A stretch of 64,000 nt of DNA from Sphingomonadales bacterium (GCA_034668385.1 JAXDPL010000077.1:3330-67329), one strand, 5' to 3'. Positions 41,680 through 51,996 are shown, counted from the stretch's first letter. The notes: generated from the letters alone by a model not told the origin. Made by a program: numbers and translations.

Positions 41680-41946
41680 TCAATTGACGAGCCGTTGCCG
41701 CGCCAGCGCGCGATGAAAGCAGCCGCCCTGCGCCGCCACCGCCTGCCGCCAAACCGGGCCGGCGAGCAGGATCTCGACGAGCGGATCGGCGACCGTCCGC
41801 GGCTCGCCCAGAGTCGCCTGGATCCGCGCCGCCGGGCTCGCCGCCTGCTGCGCCTTCAGCGCCGCGATCAGCATGCCGAAATCCACGCGCGCGGCGGCGC
41901 GGCTGGCGAAGCGCTGCTCGGCGCGGCGGAGGAAGCCCAGATCCAT
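41680..41946 (-). CDS. Small hypothetical protein
   Basis: 88-aa ORF with AGGAAGGGGG RBS, fills the gap between sciP and mnmA. Confidence 0.5.
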   Translation of the reverse strand: MDLGFLRRAEQRFASRAAARVDFGMLIAALKAQQAASPAARIQATLGEPRTVADPLVEILLAGPVWRQAVAAQGGCFHRALARQRLVN

Positions 41947-41970
41947 CGCCCCCTTCCTAGAGGCGAGGGT

Positions 41971-41996
41971 CTAAGACGCGGTTAAAGCGGCCTTAG
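41971..41996. promoter_or_regulatory. Tandem CtrA-like boxes
   Basis: CTAA-N7-TTAA-N7-TTAG upstream of the ORF-sciP unit; the CtrA consensus is TTAA-N7-TTAA. Confidence 0.6.
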
Positions 41997-42036
41997 GGTA
42001 GGCTTTACCCGGAACGCCGCCTATGTAGCCGCCGTC

Positions 42037-43164
42037 ATGAACGTCGATTTTCAGCTCGATCGCCCGGCCGCCGAGGCGCGGATCGTCGTCGCCATGTCGG
42101 GCGGAGTCGACAGCTCGGTCGTGGCCGCGCTCGCCGCGCGCACCGGCGCCGAGGTGATCGGAGTGACCCTCCAGCTCTACGATCATGGCGAGGCGGCCGG
42201 CCGCTCGAAGGCTTGCTGCGCCGGCCGCGACATCCAGGATGCGCAGGCGGTCGCGGCCCGGCTCGGCATCGCCCATTATGTCTTCGACTATGAGAGCCGG
42301 TTCCGCGACAGCGTGATCGAGCGCTTCGCCGACGAATATGCGCGCGGCCGCACGCCCATTCCCTGCGTCTCGTGCAACCAAAGCGTGAAGTTCACCGATC
42401 TTCTCGGCCTCGCCCGCGACCTCGGCGCCGACTGCCTCGCCACCGGCCATTATGTCCGGCGCATCATCGGTGCCGCGGGTTCCGAGCTGCACCGCGCGGC
42501 CGATCCGGCGCGCGACCAGAGCTATTTCCTGTTCGCGACCACGCGCGATCAGCTCGAATTCCTTCGCTTCCCGCTGGGCGCCATGCCCAAGGCCGCGGTC
42601 CGCGAGATCGCGCGCGAGCTCGGGCTGCTCGTCGCCGACAAGCCCGACAGCCAGGACATCTGCTTCGTGCCCAATGGCGACTATGCGGCGGTCGTCCGGA
42701 AGGTCCGCCCCGAGGCGGCGCGGCCGGGCGAGATCGTCGATCTCGACGGGCGGGTGCTGGGGCGCCATCCGGGGCTCATCCATTTCACGGTCGGCCAGCG
42801 CCGCGGCCTGGACGTCGGCGGTCGGGCGGAGCCGCTCTACGTGGTTCGGCTGGAGCCGGAAGCGCGGCGGGTCGTCGTCGGTCCCAAGGCGGCGCTCGCC
42901 GTCTCCGGCGCGCGGCTCTCGGCGGTCAACTGGCTGGGCGAGGGGCAGAGCGAGGGTCTGCTCGTCAAGGTCCGTTCGATGGCGAAGCCGGCCCCGGCCG
43001 ACTTCGATGGCCAGACGGTGTGCTTCGAAGCGCCCGAATATGGCGTCGCGCCGGGCCAGGCGGCGGCGATCTACGCGGGCGAGCGGCTGCTCGGCGGCGG
43101 CTGGATCGAGGAGACTCTCCCGGTCGCGGCCGAGACGCCGCGACTGGTCAGCGCCGTACTCTAG
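42037..43164 (+). CDS. mnmA: tRNA 2-thiouridylase
   Basis: [37 protein letters not shown]. Confidence 0.97.
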   Translation: MNVDFQLDRPAAEARIVVAMSGGVDSSVVAALAARTGAEVIGVTLQLYDHGEAAGRSKACCAGRDIQDAQAVAARLGIAHYVFDYESRFRDSVIERFADEYARGRTPIPCVSCNQSVKFTDLLGLARDLGADCLATGHYVRRIIGAAGSELHRAADPARDQSYFLFATTRDQLEFLRFPLGAMPKAAVREIARELGLLVADKPDSQDICFVPNGDYAAVVRKVRPEAARPGEIVDLDGRVLGRHPGLIHFTVGQRRGLDVGGRAEPLYVVRLEPEARRVVVGPKAALAVSGARLSAVNWLGEGQSEGLLVKVRSMAKPAPADFDGQTVCFEAPEYGVAPGQAAAIYAGERLLGGGWIEETLPVAAETPRLVSAVL

Positions 43165-43168
43165 CGCC

Positions 43169-43432
43169 TCAACAGCGGGTCAGTTCGCCGGTGCAGCGCG
43201 AGAAGCCGCGTTGCAGGCCGTCGACCATGTCGCGCTTGTTCTGGCGCGCCTCCTGCTCTTCGGCGGCGGTGTGACAGATTCGCTTGCTGCTAAGGCGGCT
43301 CCCGGTCTCGAGCGCCTCGTGGCAGATCTTCTTGTTCGGATCGATCTGCTTCGGCTTCGAGGTCGGAGCATCGGCGGCAAAGACCGGAGCGGCCAGCATC
43401 CCGGCGAGCGCGGCAAAAGCGAGCTTGTTCAT
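43169..43432 (-). CDS. Small secreted Cys-containing protein
   Basis: Signal peptide; KKIC....TGSRL..KRIC.T motif, plus two further Cys. Confidence 0.75.
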   Translation of the reverse strand: MNKLAFAALAGMLAAPVFAADAPTSKPKQIDPNKKICHEALETGSRLSSKRICHTAAEEQEARQNKRDMVDGLQRGFSRCTGELTRC

Positions 43433-43617
43433 TCTGTCCCCCTGCGGGCGAGCCGAAACCCGCTGGCCTGTATGATAACCGATAAGTCGGCCGCTGTCGC
43501 GGGCGACGGCGAAGATTATGGCGCCCTCCCGTTGCGTCCGGCGCGCGAATGTGGTCACTGACCACCGGGGGGCAGTCTCGGACAATTCGTGGTGCTTCAT
43601 TCGGAAGGAAGCGCCAG

Positions 43618-44040
43618 GTGTCGCATTTCATCAGACCATCGACCACACGCCGCGCCGTCCTGGCCGGCCTCGCCGCCGCCGCGGGCTCGACCGCTATCGC
43701 CGCGCCCGCGCGAGCGCTGGCGCCATCCAGCGCGAGCGCGAAAAGCGAATTCGAGCAATGGCGGGCGCTCACGGGGCGGAGCTTCCGCGTCGCCGCGGAG
43801 ATCGGCCCGTGCCAGCTTTCCCTCGTCGCCGTAAAGGCGCTTCCTGCGAAAGGCGCACGGCCCACCGCCTGCGCTCGTCCGCATGCCTTTGCTGCCGTCT
43901 TCGAGGCTCGCGCGGCCGCTGCGCCGGCGGGCGACCGTTCCTACGCGGTCCAACATGCCGATCTCGGCACGTTTCCGCTGTTCCTCGGCGGGGGCGATCC
44001 CGAACCGGGCAAGCTTCGCTTCGTGGCGATCTTCAACTGA
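43618..44040 (+). CDS. Tat-exported DUF6916-like protein
   Basis: TRRAVLAGLAAAA twin-arginine signal; F..VF, Y.V.H..LG.F.LFL, C-terminal AIFN. Confidence 0.7.
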   Translation: MSHFIRPSTTRRAVLAGLAAAAGSTAIAAPARALAPSSASAKSEFEQWRALTGRSFRVAAEIGPCQLSLVAVKALPAKGARPTACARPHAFAAVFEARAAAAPAGDRSYAVQHADLGTFPLFLGGGDPEPGKLRFVAIFN

Positions 44041-44056
44041 GGCGCAGTCCCGGCGA

Positions 44057-45067
44057 CTAGGGCTGGCGAAGCACCACTTCGGCGACGTGGCGCCGGCCGG
44101 CGGTGCGGGCGAGCTGGACGAAGACGTCGACGGTGCGGCTGACATAATGGCGCACGTCGTCGCGGCCTAGCTGAGTGCCGGCCTGGAGGACGAGGAGCAC
44201 GATCTGCTCGATCGCGCGCTCGGCGCTGTCGGCGTGCACCGTGGTCATCGAGCCGGGATGGCCGGTGTTGATCGCCCGAAGGAACGCATAGGCCTCCGTG
44301 CCGCGCAGCTCGCCGAGGATGATCCGGTCGGGCCGCATGCGCAGCGAGGCGGCGACGAGATCGTCGGCGCTGACCTGCGCCTCGCCGAGCGCGCTCCGCG
44401 CCGCGAGCAGCCCGATGCTGTTCTGGTGTGCGACCGAGAGCTCGGGTGTGTCCTCGATGAGGATCAGGCGCTCCTCCGCCGGCACCTCGCGCAGCAGCGC
44501 ATTGAGGAAGGTCGTCTTGCCGGTCGACGTGCCGCCGGACACGAGGATGTTCCTGCGCGCCTTGACCGCGGCCGAGAGCAGCCCGGCGATATCGCCCGAA
44601 TCGAGCTTCGCCGCCAGCTCGCGGTCGGTACGGGAGACCCCTGCCTCACGGCCGCGCCGCGTTTCGGCGAAGGCGCCCCCGGCGATATAATCGTCGAGCG
44701 TCAGATCGGGCGAGACATGCTTGCGGATGGCGAGCGCGATATTGCCACGCGTTGCCGGAGGGGCGACCACCTGGACTCGCGACCCGTCGGGCAGCTTGGC
44801 GGACAGCAACGGATGCTCGCGGCTGATCCCCTGGTGGGAGAGCGACGCGATCTGGCGCGCCAGGCGGGCGAGGGTCGCTTCGTCGAGCCCCGGCGCGTCG
44901 TGCCGCTCGATCGCGCCGCCGGTCGTCTCGACCCACAGCTCGCCGGGACGGTTGACGTAGATGTCGGTGACGTCGGGCCGCGCCAGCATTCCGGTCAGCG
45001 GCGCAAGATAGGCGCGCAGATAGACTCCGCCGCCCTGGAACGGAACCGCCGCGGCCGACGCGCTCAC
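44057..45067 (-). CDS. virB11: T4SS ATPase VirB11
   Basis: NRPGE.WVE, GGTSTGKTT, IEDTPEL, LRMRPDRIILGELRG, NTGHPGS.TTVHA. Confidence 0.95.
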   Translation of the reverse strand: MSASAAAVPFQGGGVYLRAYLAPLTGMLARPDVTDIYVNRPGELWVETTGGAIERHDAPGLDEATLARLARQIASLSHQGISREHPLLSAKLPDGSRVQVVAPPATRGNIALAIRKHVSPDLTLDDYIAGGAFAETRRGREAGVSRTDRELAAKLDSGDIAGLLSAAVKARRNILVSGGTSTGKTTFLNALLREVPAEERLILIEDTPELSVAHQNSIGLLAARSALGEAQVSADDLVAASLRMRPDRIILGELRGTEAYAFLRAINTGHPGSMTTVHADSAERAIEQIVLLVLQAGTQLGRDDVRHYVSRTVDVFVQLARTAGRRHVAEVVLRQP

Positions 45068-46194
45068 TTTCCCCGCTCGATGTTGGTGAAGTCGAGGTCG
45101 TGGGCGACGAAGATGCTGATGCTGGTTCCGGCGGGCACCCGCAAGGTCGGCACGACCCGGTTCTGCTGGAAGACCGGCGAGATGGTCGCCTGGGCGGTGT
45201 TCGGCAGGGTGACGATGACGTTGTTGCTGGCCGCGCGGGTGGCGAGATTGACTCCGAGATCGAGCGTCGACTGGAGCAGAGCCCCCGCGAAGCGCTCGAA
45301 GAAGTGGCTGTTGACGCTGGCCTTGATGCCGCCGCGGCCCAGCGTGTCGGCGGCGGGCGAGCCGAGCGCGATGGTAATTCCGTCGGGCCGGACCAGCCGC
45401 GACCAGTTGACGAACGCGCGCTTCTGCCCGCTCCCGACGTCGGAGCGATATTCGCCGGTCAGGCGGCTGCCGCGCGGGATCAGGATTTTGGTGCCGTCGA
45501 ATCCGCGCACGTCGCGCGAGACGATGGCGCGGGCGAGGCCCGGCCGGGTCGAATCGAACGCCGTTTCGAGTACTGCCGGGATCAAGGTTCCCTGCACGAC
45601 GGTGGTGGCGCGGTTGGCGAAGACCCCGGCGCGCACCCGGCCTCCCGCCTGCACCGCGCCGAAGTCGGCGACGCCGGGCGGCGCGTTGTTGTTCTGCGCG
45701 GCCCCTCCCGCCGCCGGTGCGGTATTGTCGATGACGAGGGCCGGTCCGCCGGTGTTGCGCGGCGACGACGGCACCGGTTGCGGGGTCACCACCGGCAGTG
45801 GCGCAGGCATGTAGACGACTCGCTCCGGGGGTGGCGGAGGGGGAGGCGGCGCGGGCGTGGGGAGCGGCGGACCCGTCTCGGTCGGCTGGGCGACGACGGT
45901 GACCGGTGCCGGCGCGGGCGCGGGCGGGATGTAGAGCGGCGGTGCCGCGGCGGGAAGCGCGGCCGTGTCGGCGGCCCTTACGCGCACGGCGGGTTCGGCG
46001 GCGGACCGGCGCCGGGATTCGAGCACGGAAAAGAGCAAAGCGCCCGCGGCCACCGCGACGAAGGCGAAGACGAGTCCGGATGGGCCGCCGCGAGGCAGGG
46101 CGACGACCGGGCGCACGCTCTCCTCGCGCGCTTCCTCCGGTGCCTCGGCGCGAGCGACCCGCCGCGGGTCCTCGGGCGTGTCGACGGTCGCCAT
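45064..46194 (-). CDS. virB10: T4SS VirB10/TrbI
   Basis: TM segment, Pro-rich stalk, GTLIPAVLETA.DS..PG, IPRGSRL.GEY, G..I.IFVAHDLDF. Confidence 0.93.
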   Translation of the reverse strand: MATVDTPEDPRRVARAEAPEEAREESVRPVVALPRGGPSGLVFAFVAVAAGALLFSVLESRRRSAAEPAVRVRAADTAALPAAAPPLYIPPAPAPAPVTVVAQPTETGPPLPTPAPPPPPPPPERVVYMPAPLPVVTPQPVPSSPRNTGGPALVIDNTAPAAGGAAQNNNAPPGVADFGAVQAGGRVRAGVFANRATTVVQGTLIPAVLETAFDSTRPGLARAIVSRDVRGFDGTKILIPRGSRLTGEYRSDVGSGQKRAFVNWSRLVRPDGITIALGSPAADTLGRGGIKASVNSHFFERFAGALLQSTLDLGVNLATRAASNNVIVTLPNTAQATISPVFQQNRVVPTLRVPAGTSISIFVAHDLDFTNIERGK

Positions 46195-46901
46195 CAGCGC
46201 GTCTCCCTGACGGCGCGGCGCTCGGCGCGGGCGACATGGTCGTCGATCCGGAAGACGAGCTTCTCCGAAACGCTGTCGATGACGAAGATGTCGTCGCGCA
46301 TCATGCCGTTGACGAGCGCCTCCTGGCCGTCGCCGCCGATCGCGTAGACGGCGGGCAAGGCTCGGTCGCGAGGCCACTGGATGTAAGTGTGTCGCCCGTC
46401 GTCGCTGATCGCGCTCGGCCGCAAATCCTTGTCGCCGCTCAGAACGTAGCGTCCCTTGCCGGAAGCCGAGGCGGCATCCTCGTCGCCGGCATTGGAGTCG
46501 GCCGTTCCGGGATAGCGGAAGCGGATCGTGTAGGGCATGTCGCCGGTCGGGCCGGAGAGCGGCACCAGCTCGAAATTGTACAGCCGGACGCTCGTCACCA
46601 CCGTCATGTTGGTGCTGACGCCGCTCTGCAGCGCCTTGATGAACAGATGGTCGCCGCGGCGGTTCGCGGTCACCTGCCAGGCGCCGCTGTCGCCGAGCGC
46701 CACATTCTCGACCTGCTCGTCGGGCGAGAGCTCGACGGTGAGTTCGTAGCCCGGCGTTCCCTGCAGGGTGACGACCTGCTCGGGCGCGTAGTCGATGCCC
46801 TGGATGCGCGGATCGCCGGCGCCCGGCTGGGGCTTCACCTGGGCCGAGGCGGGGGCCTGTGCGAACGCAAGGCCCGCGAGGAGGAGGAACGCAAGCTTCA
46901 C
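46194..46901 (-). CDS. virB9: T4SS VirB9/TrbG
   Basis: Signal peptide, DPRIQ..DY, GDS.AWQV, TNMTVVT..R.Y.FEL, DDG.HTYI, LPAVY. Confidence 0.92.
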   Translation of the reverse strand: MKLAFLLLAGLAFAQAPASAQVKPQPGAGDPRIQGIDYAPEQVVTLQGTPGYELTVELSPDEQVENVALGDSGAWQVTANRRGDHLFIKALQSGVSTNMTVVTSVRLYNFELVPLSGPTGDMPYTIRFRYPGTADSNAGDEDAASASGKGRYVLSGDKDLRPSAISDDGRHTYIQWPRDRALPAVYAIGGDGQEALVNGMMRDDIFVIDSVSEKLVFRIDDHVARAERRAVRETR

Positions 46902-47779
46902 AATTGCGGTTCGGGCTTGGCACGGCGCCGCCCCGCCGCGGCGCGCGCGGCGGCCGTCGCGGCGCCGAGCGGCGAGGGGGCGGTGGTGACCGTGGTGGTC
47001 GTCGTCGACTGCCCCGGGGCGACGACGGTGACCGGCGGGGCGGCGCCGGGGACGATGATCGTCGCCGGGTTCGGGGCGGGAGCGGTGGCGGCTTCGGGCA
47101 CGACCGCCTCGGCGTCGCGGCGGTAGCGGACGACCTGGAAGCCGAGCGGATTGAGGAAGCGGTCCTCGAGCTTCATCGGCTCACCCGAGAAACGGTAGCG
47201 GATGACGGCGACCCACGGCCGCGGCAGCTGGACCTGGCCGCCGGCGTCGCGCCGGATCGTGTCGAAGCGGACCATGGCGACGTTGCGGCCGACCGGGGAG
47301 ACGCTCTTGACCCGGGTCTCGACTACGCTGGTGCGCGGATAAAGAACGAGCGGGCTCTGCGGGTTGGAGACCTGGACGGTGTTGAGATAATCCGATCGCG
47401 CCTGCTCGGCCGACCACAGACCGACCTTGCGATAATTCTCGTTCATCATGTCGATGTCGAAGCTCTCGCGCGCGATGACGTACTGCACCAGGAAGGATTG
47501 CGTCAGCGCCGCGTCGGGCGCGACCTTGTCGGGATCGAGCGGCTTCAGCGCCTGGACGAAGCCGGTGTTGCGGTCGACCAGCAAGGTGTAGGGCACCACC
47601 GTCTTCAGCGGCGTCAGCAGGATGAGGGCGAGCGCTTCGGCGACGGCGATCACCGACGCGCCGGTCGCCACCCACCAGGCGATGCGCCGCGAGTTCCTCA
47701 GCGCCTCCTGGCGGTCGCGATTCCAGCTCGCCGCCTCGGCGTAATAAGCGTCCAACGATTCGCGGCTCTGCTCGTTCAT
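46898..47779 (-). CDS. virB8: T4SS VirB8
   Basis: TM then PLKTVVPY..VDR.TG, YVIARESF, NPLGFQV..YR.D. Confidence 0.93.
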   Translation of the reverse strand: MNEQSRESLDAYYAEAASWNRDRQEALRNSRRIAWWVATGASVIAVAEALALILLTPLKTVVPYTLLVDRNTGFVQALKPLDPDKVAPDAALTQSFLVQYVIARESFDIDMMNENYRKVGLWSAEQARSDYLNTVQVSNPQSPLVLYPRTSVVETRVKSVSPVGRNVAMVRFDTIRRDAGGQVQLPRPWVAVIRYRFSGEPMKLEDRFLNPLGFQVVRYRRDAEAVVPEAATAPAPNPATIIVPGAAPPVTVVAPGQSTTTTTVTTAPSPLGAATAAARAAAGRRRAKPEPQL

Positions 47780-49023
47780 GATCTCGTGTCCCGGCGTGCC
47801 GCGCTGGCGGAAACGCGGCCGCGGGTGCGGCGGCGGAAGCTCTGCCCGAGCGGCGGCGGCGCCACGGGGTCAGGAAGGCCGCGGCCGCCGACGGAGACGG
47901 CTCGGCTCGGCGCTCCGCCCCCGCCCGAAGCGCCGCTCCAGGCGAAGACGGCGGGCGAGACCGTCTCGCGCCGCTGGGTGGCGGCGACGGCGTCCGCGAC
48001 GGCGGCGGCGCGCGAGCGGGTCTCCGACGCCGGCACGCGAGTCTCGACCGGCGCGACGAGCGGCGAGACGGTCTCGGCAGGCCGCAAGACGCTCGCGATG
48101 CGCGATGACGCGGCTTGCCACACTGGGGCGAGCCGGAAAGCGAAAGCGAGCCGCCCGGCGGCGATCAGCATGGCGAGCAGGACGAGGGCGAACAGAGTCG
48201 TCACCATCAGCACTTCGGCCGGGAGGTTCGGCATGGCCTCGCCGGCGACCCGGCGGGCGAGGACGTCGGTCAGCCAGGGTTCGAGCAAAGCCAGCTCGAC
48301 GCCGAGGCCGACCGCCGTCGCCACCGCCCCCAGCGAAGCGCCGGCGAGGACCCTTATCCAACCTTCGAACAGGCTGCGCGTGTTGTGGAACAGCAAGAAG
48401 GCGATGAAGAACGGACCCAGGGCCAGCATCAGGCCGGCGATCAGCCGCACCGCGGCGATCGAGCCGATCGCGCCGATCAGGAAGATCATCCGGGCCGTGC
48501 CGAGCGCGAACACGCTGAAGCCGGCGAACGGCATGGGCGGAGTCGCGAACGGGTCGTGGGCAACGTTGGGATCGGCGGGCGGCGGCTCCCCCGGGCCGAG
48601 CACGGACAGCGCCGCCAATCCCTGATCCGCCGCGGCGAGACGCACGACCAGGCCGCCTTCCGCTCCGGGGAGGCCGGTCGGCGCTCCGACGTCGGAGGCG
48701 ACCTCCGCCGGGCCTCGAAGCGCGACGTCGTAGACGAGCGTGCGATAGGCGGTCCAGCTCATCGCCAGAGTCACGACGAAGCCGATCTTGACGAAAGTGA
48801 GGATTCCGGAGCGCAGGTCCGGCGCGTGGCCGAACAGCAGCCGGTAGCCGAACAGGGCGACGACCAGGGTAAGGAAGCCGGTGAGCACCAAAGCGAGGGT
48901 CGAGCCGGGCGCGGCGAGCGCCTGGTAGCCGCCGGCGCCGATCGACTGCGCCTGGCAGTCGATGAACTGGACCATCGCGGGGACGAAGGTCTGGTCGGTG
49001 GGGACGAAGGGGCAGGCCGACAT
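47776..49023 (-). CDS. virB6: T4SS VirB6/TrbL
   Basis: Polytopic membrane protein with LALGPFFIAFLLF..TRSLFEGW; operon position. Confidence 0.88.
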   Translation of the reverse strand: MSACPFVPTDQTFVPAMVQFIDCQAQSIGAGGYQALAAPGSTLALVLTGFLTLVVALFGYRLLFGHAPDLRSGILTFVKIGFVVTLAMSWTAYRTLVYDVALRGPAEVASDVGAPTGLPGAEGGLVVRLAAADQGLAALSVLGPGEPPPADPNVAHDPFATPPMPFAGFSVFALGTARMIFLIGAIGSIAAVRLIAGLMLALGPFFIAFLLFHNTRSLFEGWIRVLAGASLGAVATAVGLGVELALLEPWLTDVLARRVAGEAMPNLPAEVLMVTTLFALVLLAMLIAAGRLAFAFRLAPVWQAASSRIASVLRPAETVSPLVAPVETRVPASETRSRAAAVADAVAATQRRETVSPAVFAWSGASGGGGAPSRAVSVGGRGLPDPVAPPPLGQSFRRRTRGRVSASAARRDTRS

Positions 49024-51398
49024 CAGGCGAGCTCCAGCAGGCGCGGGATCCACTCGGCGGGATCGTCGCCGGTCTCGGCGCGGATCTCGTCCAACAGGCG
49101 CACGGTGCGCTCGCGGCCGGAGAGAATGGTGAGGAGGTCCTGCTCGCCGGTGAGGTTGAGGCGTGCGACGACGCTATCCGCGCCGTGCTTGATCAGGAAG
49201 CAATGGGCGTTGTCGGGGAGCGTCCGCACCATCTCATATTCGTGCGGGGTGAGGCCGAAGCCGTCGATATAGTCGGTCGACCGCGCCTTCGGATTCGCCA
49301 TGAAGATCTGGGTCGCCGCCTGCTCGATGATCGCGCTGGCGATCCGGCTCTCGAGCGCGTCCTGGGCGCTCTGGGTGGCGAAGCCGACGATTCCGTTGCG
49401 CTTGCGGATCGTCTTCTCCCAATCCTTGATCCGGCGCACGAACACGTCGTCGTCGAGCGCCTTCCAGCCTTCGTCGACGACGATGATCGCCGGGCTTCCG
49501 TCCAGCCGCTCCTCGACGCGGTGGAAGAGGTACATCATCGCCGGGCTGCGCATCGCCGGATCGTCGAGGATCTGGGTCATGTCGAAGCCGACCGCCTCGG
49601 CGGCGAGATCGGTCAGGTCCTTCTCGTTGTCGAACAGCCAGGCGCGCTCGCCGTCGCCCCACCAGGGCCTCAGGCGCGACCAGAAATCGCTGCCGCTCGG
49701 GCGGTGGCCGCCGCGGAACAGTTCGGCGAGGTGGCGGAGGCGCCGGTGCTCGAGCGGCTGCTCGAAATTGGCGTCCACCGCGTCCTTGATGCGCGCGACC
49801 TCGTCGATGTCGGCGCCGCCGGCGAGCAGGGTCAGCCAGTCGATCAGGAACTGGCGGTTGACCGGATTGTCGGGGAGCTGGAGCGGGTTGAGCCCGGACG
49901 GCGTGCCCGGCCTCAGCAAATCGTAGCGCCCGCCGATCGCGCGGATGAACAGCTCCGCGCCGCGATCCTTGTCGAAGAAGATGATCCGGGGCCGGAACTT
50001 GCGCGCCTGGGCGAGCAGGAAATTGAGCACGACCGTCTTGCCCGAGCCGGACGGGCCGATCACCGTGAAGTTGCCGGGATCGCCCTGGTGGAAGTTGAAA
50101 TAATAGGGGCCGGCGGCGGTGGTCTCGAGCAGGGTGACGGCCTCGCCCCAATGATTGCCCTTGGCGCGGCCGAGCGGAAAATTGTGGCTGCTGGCAAGGC
50201 CGGCGAAATTGCTCGTCGAGACCAGCCCCCGGCGGGCGATGTATTTGAAATTGCCTGGGAACTGCGCCCAGAAGGCGGGCTCGAGGGCGATCTCCTCGCG
50301 CACCGAGAGGATGCCGAGGTCGGCGAGCGCGGCCTGGACCTCGGCGATGCCTTCGTCGACCTGCGCCGGCGTGTCGGCGCGCACGCCGATGGTGAGATGA
50401 TGCTCGCCGAAGCCGGCGCGGCCGGCGGCGACCTCGTCCTTGGCGCTGGAGAGATCGGCGCGGAGGCTCACCGCCTCGTCCTCGGCCGAGCGCATCCGAC
50501 GCAGCGCCAGGTTCATCCGCGACAGAGCGGCCTGCCGCTCGACGAAGCCGAACGATTGCGAGACGGTCAGCTCGAACGGCAGCCGGAGCAATTCGTCGAG
50601 CATTCCGGGCACGGTCTGGCCGGGATAATCCTTGATCGAGACAAGGCCGAGGAAGCTGCGCGGGGAGGCGCCGGCGGTGCCGAGCTCGACCGTCTCCTGG
50701 CCGAAGCTGATCCGCCGGTAGGGGAGATAGTCGCCGAGGTCCTCCATCGGCAGCATCACCGGCCGCATCTCGCCGTTCAGCAGCACGGAGAGGAATTCGA
50801 GCGGCTCCGAGCAGGGGCCGTGGCGTGTCTCGTAGACCCCGAGCAGGCGCGGCTCGTAGCTGCCGAGCGCGGCCATCAGGGCGTCGCGCGCCTGGTCGAG
50901 CTGGTGAAGCTCGTAGGCCGCGCTCGCCTCCTCCGGCGCCGCGGCGCTTCGCCCGAGCCGTTCGCGCAGCCGGTCGAGCCGTCCGACCCGGCCCTGCAAG
51001 GGGCGGCGGATCAGGGTCAGGAACAGGTCGTTGACGTAGAGCCTCTTCTCCGAGAGGCGCCGGCGCCACGCCGTATCGAGCTGGCGCGAGAATCGGTCCG
51101 GGTGGCCACCCGACCGGCCGGCGTCGATCCGGCGCCGGACGACATGGTGGTAGATCGCATAGCGCGACGAGCCGATCGCCTGCAGCATCGCGTCGCGCAG
51201 GCGCTTGCGGTAATTGATCTCCTCGGTGTCCGCGGTCTCGAACAGCAGGCCGCGCAGGTGGATGACCTGCATCAGCAGGCCGTCGCGGGTCTCGATGGTA
51301 TGGGCGTCGACGTGGCGCGCGTAGGGAAGGTGCTTGCCGGCCGGCTGCTCCTTCGACGCGGCGCCGCGGTCGCGGGTCAGGGGCGGTAGGAGTTGCAT
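49023..51398 (-). CDS. virB4: T4SS ATPase VirB4
   Basis: LPYARHVD, FWAQFPGN, GPSGSGKT, FDKDRG, DEGWKAL, RKRNG..FATQS. Confidence 0.96.
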   Translation of the reverse strand: MQLLPPLTRDRGAASKEQPAGKHLPYARHVDAHTIETRDGLLMQVIHLRGLLFETADTEEINYRKRLRDAMLQAIGSSRYAIYHHVVRRRIDAGRSGGHPDRFSRQLDTAWRRRLSEKRLYVNDLFLTLIRRPLQGRVGRLDRLRERLGRSAAAPEEASAAYELHQLDQARDALMAALGSYEPRLLGVYETRHGPCSEPLEFLSVLLNGEMRPVMLPMEDLGDYLPYRRISFGQETVELGTAGASPRSFLGLVSIKDYPGQTVPGMLDELLRLPFELTVSQSFGFVERQAALSRMNLALRRMRSAEDEAVSLRADLSSAKDEVAAGRAGFGEHHLTIGVRADTPAQVDEGIAEVQAALADLGILSVREEIALEPAFWAQFPGNFKYIARRGLVSTSNFAGLASSHNFPLGRAKGNHWGEAVTLLETTAAGPYYFNFHQGDPGNFTVIGPSGSGKTVVLNFLLAQARKFRPRIIFFDKDRGAELFIRAIGGRYDLLRPGTPSGLNPLQLPDNPVNRQFLIDWLTLLAGGADIDEVARIKDAVDANFEQPLEHRRLRHLAELFRGGHRPSGSDFWSRLRPWWGDGERAWLFDNEKDLTDLAAEAVGFDMTQILDDPAMRSPAMMYLFHRVEERLDGSPAIIVVDEGWKALDDDVFVRRIKDWEKTIRKRNGIVGFATQSAQDALESRIASAIIEQAATQIFMANPKARSTDYIDGFGLTPHEYEMVRTLPDNAHCFLIKHGADSVVARLNLTGEQDLLTILSGRERTVRLLDEIRAETGDDPAEWIPRLLELA

Positions 51399-51661
51399 CC
51401 CCACACCTTGTGGTTGCGCACGCGCGGCGTCCGGGAAATCTTGGTCACCCACAGGTCGAAGAAGCGCGGCTCGCGAATGCAGAGCAGCACGCCGAGCAGG
51501 TGGATGATCAGCGACGGCAGCAATACCCACGGGGAGCGGAACACCAGGAACAATTCGGTGGCGATGACCGCGTTGGCGATGAAGTAGGAATAAGTGACGC
51601 CCGCGAACATCTGCGGCCGCGTGAGGGCTACGAACAGCGTATCACGTTCGAGCCCGTTCAT
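51377..51661 (-). CDS. virB3: T4SS VirB3
   Basis: LFVALTRPQMFAGV, two TM segments, EPRFFDLW, WGCNSY.P. Confidence 0.92.
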   Translation of the reverse strand: MNGLERDTLFVALTRPQMFAGVTYSYFIANAVIATELFLVFRSPWVLLPSLIIHLLGVLLCIREPRFFDLWVTKISRTPRVRNHKVWGCNSYRP

Positions 51662-51663
51662 AG

Positions 51664-51994
51664 GGGTCTGCCCCTACCATCGGAGGCGGTCGTGATCGGC
51701 CGGGGAAGCCGGCTGGATAGGAGAGGGCCGAAGGCCGGGCCGGGCAGCCCGGTCGAGGTGCTCGACGCCGCCAGCCATGAACAGGCCGCCGCGCCCCCGG
51801 CGCGGCTGCGGACATCCGGGGGATGTCCGCACCTGTTCATTCCCCGGCCGACCGCGGAGCGGCGGATTGTCCTTTGCCGCCTGGGCTGCGTCGCGTCGTC
51901 AGTCACGATGCGTTGAGCATCGCTCCTTCCTAGCTCCTTGCCAGTCAACAAATGCCAATCCGTCACGATCGTCTCCGATGGTAGGGGCAGACCC
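51664..51994. other. Nested multi-branched structured element (candidate cis-regulatory RNA/ncRNA or MITE)
   Basis: 32-bp IR (30/32) at 51664-51695/51963-51994; inner stems 51696-706/51841-851, 51711-716/51771-776, 51777-785/51832-840, 51863-884/51941-962, plus six small hairpins. Confidence 0.75.
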
Positions 51995-51996
51995 AA

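Noticed and set aside
51777-51840. Hammerhead ribozyme reading of the three-way junction
   Set aside because: No CUGAUGA/GAAA catalytic core on either strand; the junction has almost no unpaired bases
51663-51995. Tn3-family transposon
   Set aside because: Only the GGGGTCTG start resembles Tn3 ends; no inner ACG..TAAG motif, no 5-bp target duplication and no tnpA/tnpR
51658-51996. Stand-alone 112-aa protein gene (e.g. a missing virB component)
   Set aside because: TTG start without RBS, atypical codons, no signal or TM segment, sequence explained by base-pairing; kept only as a readthrough hypothesis
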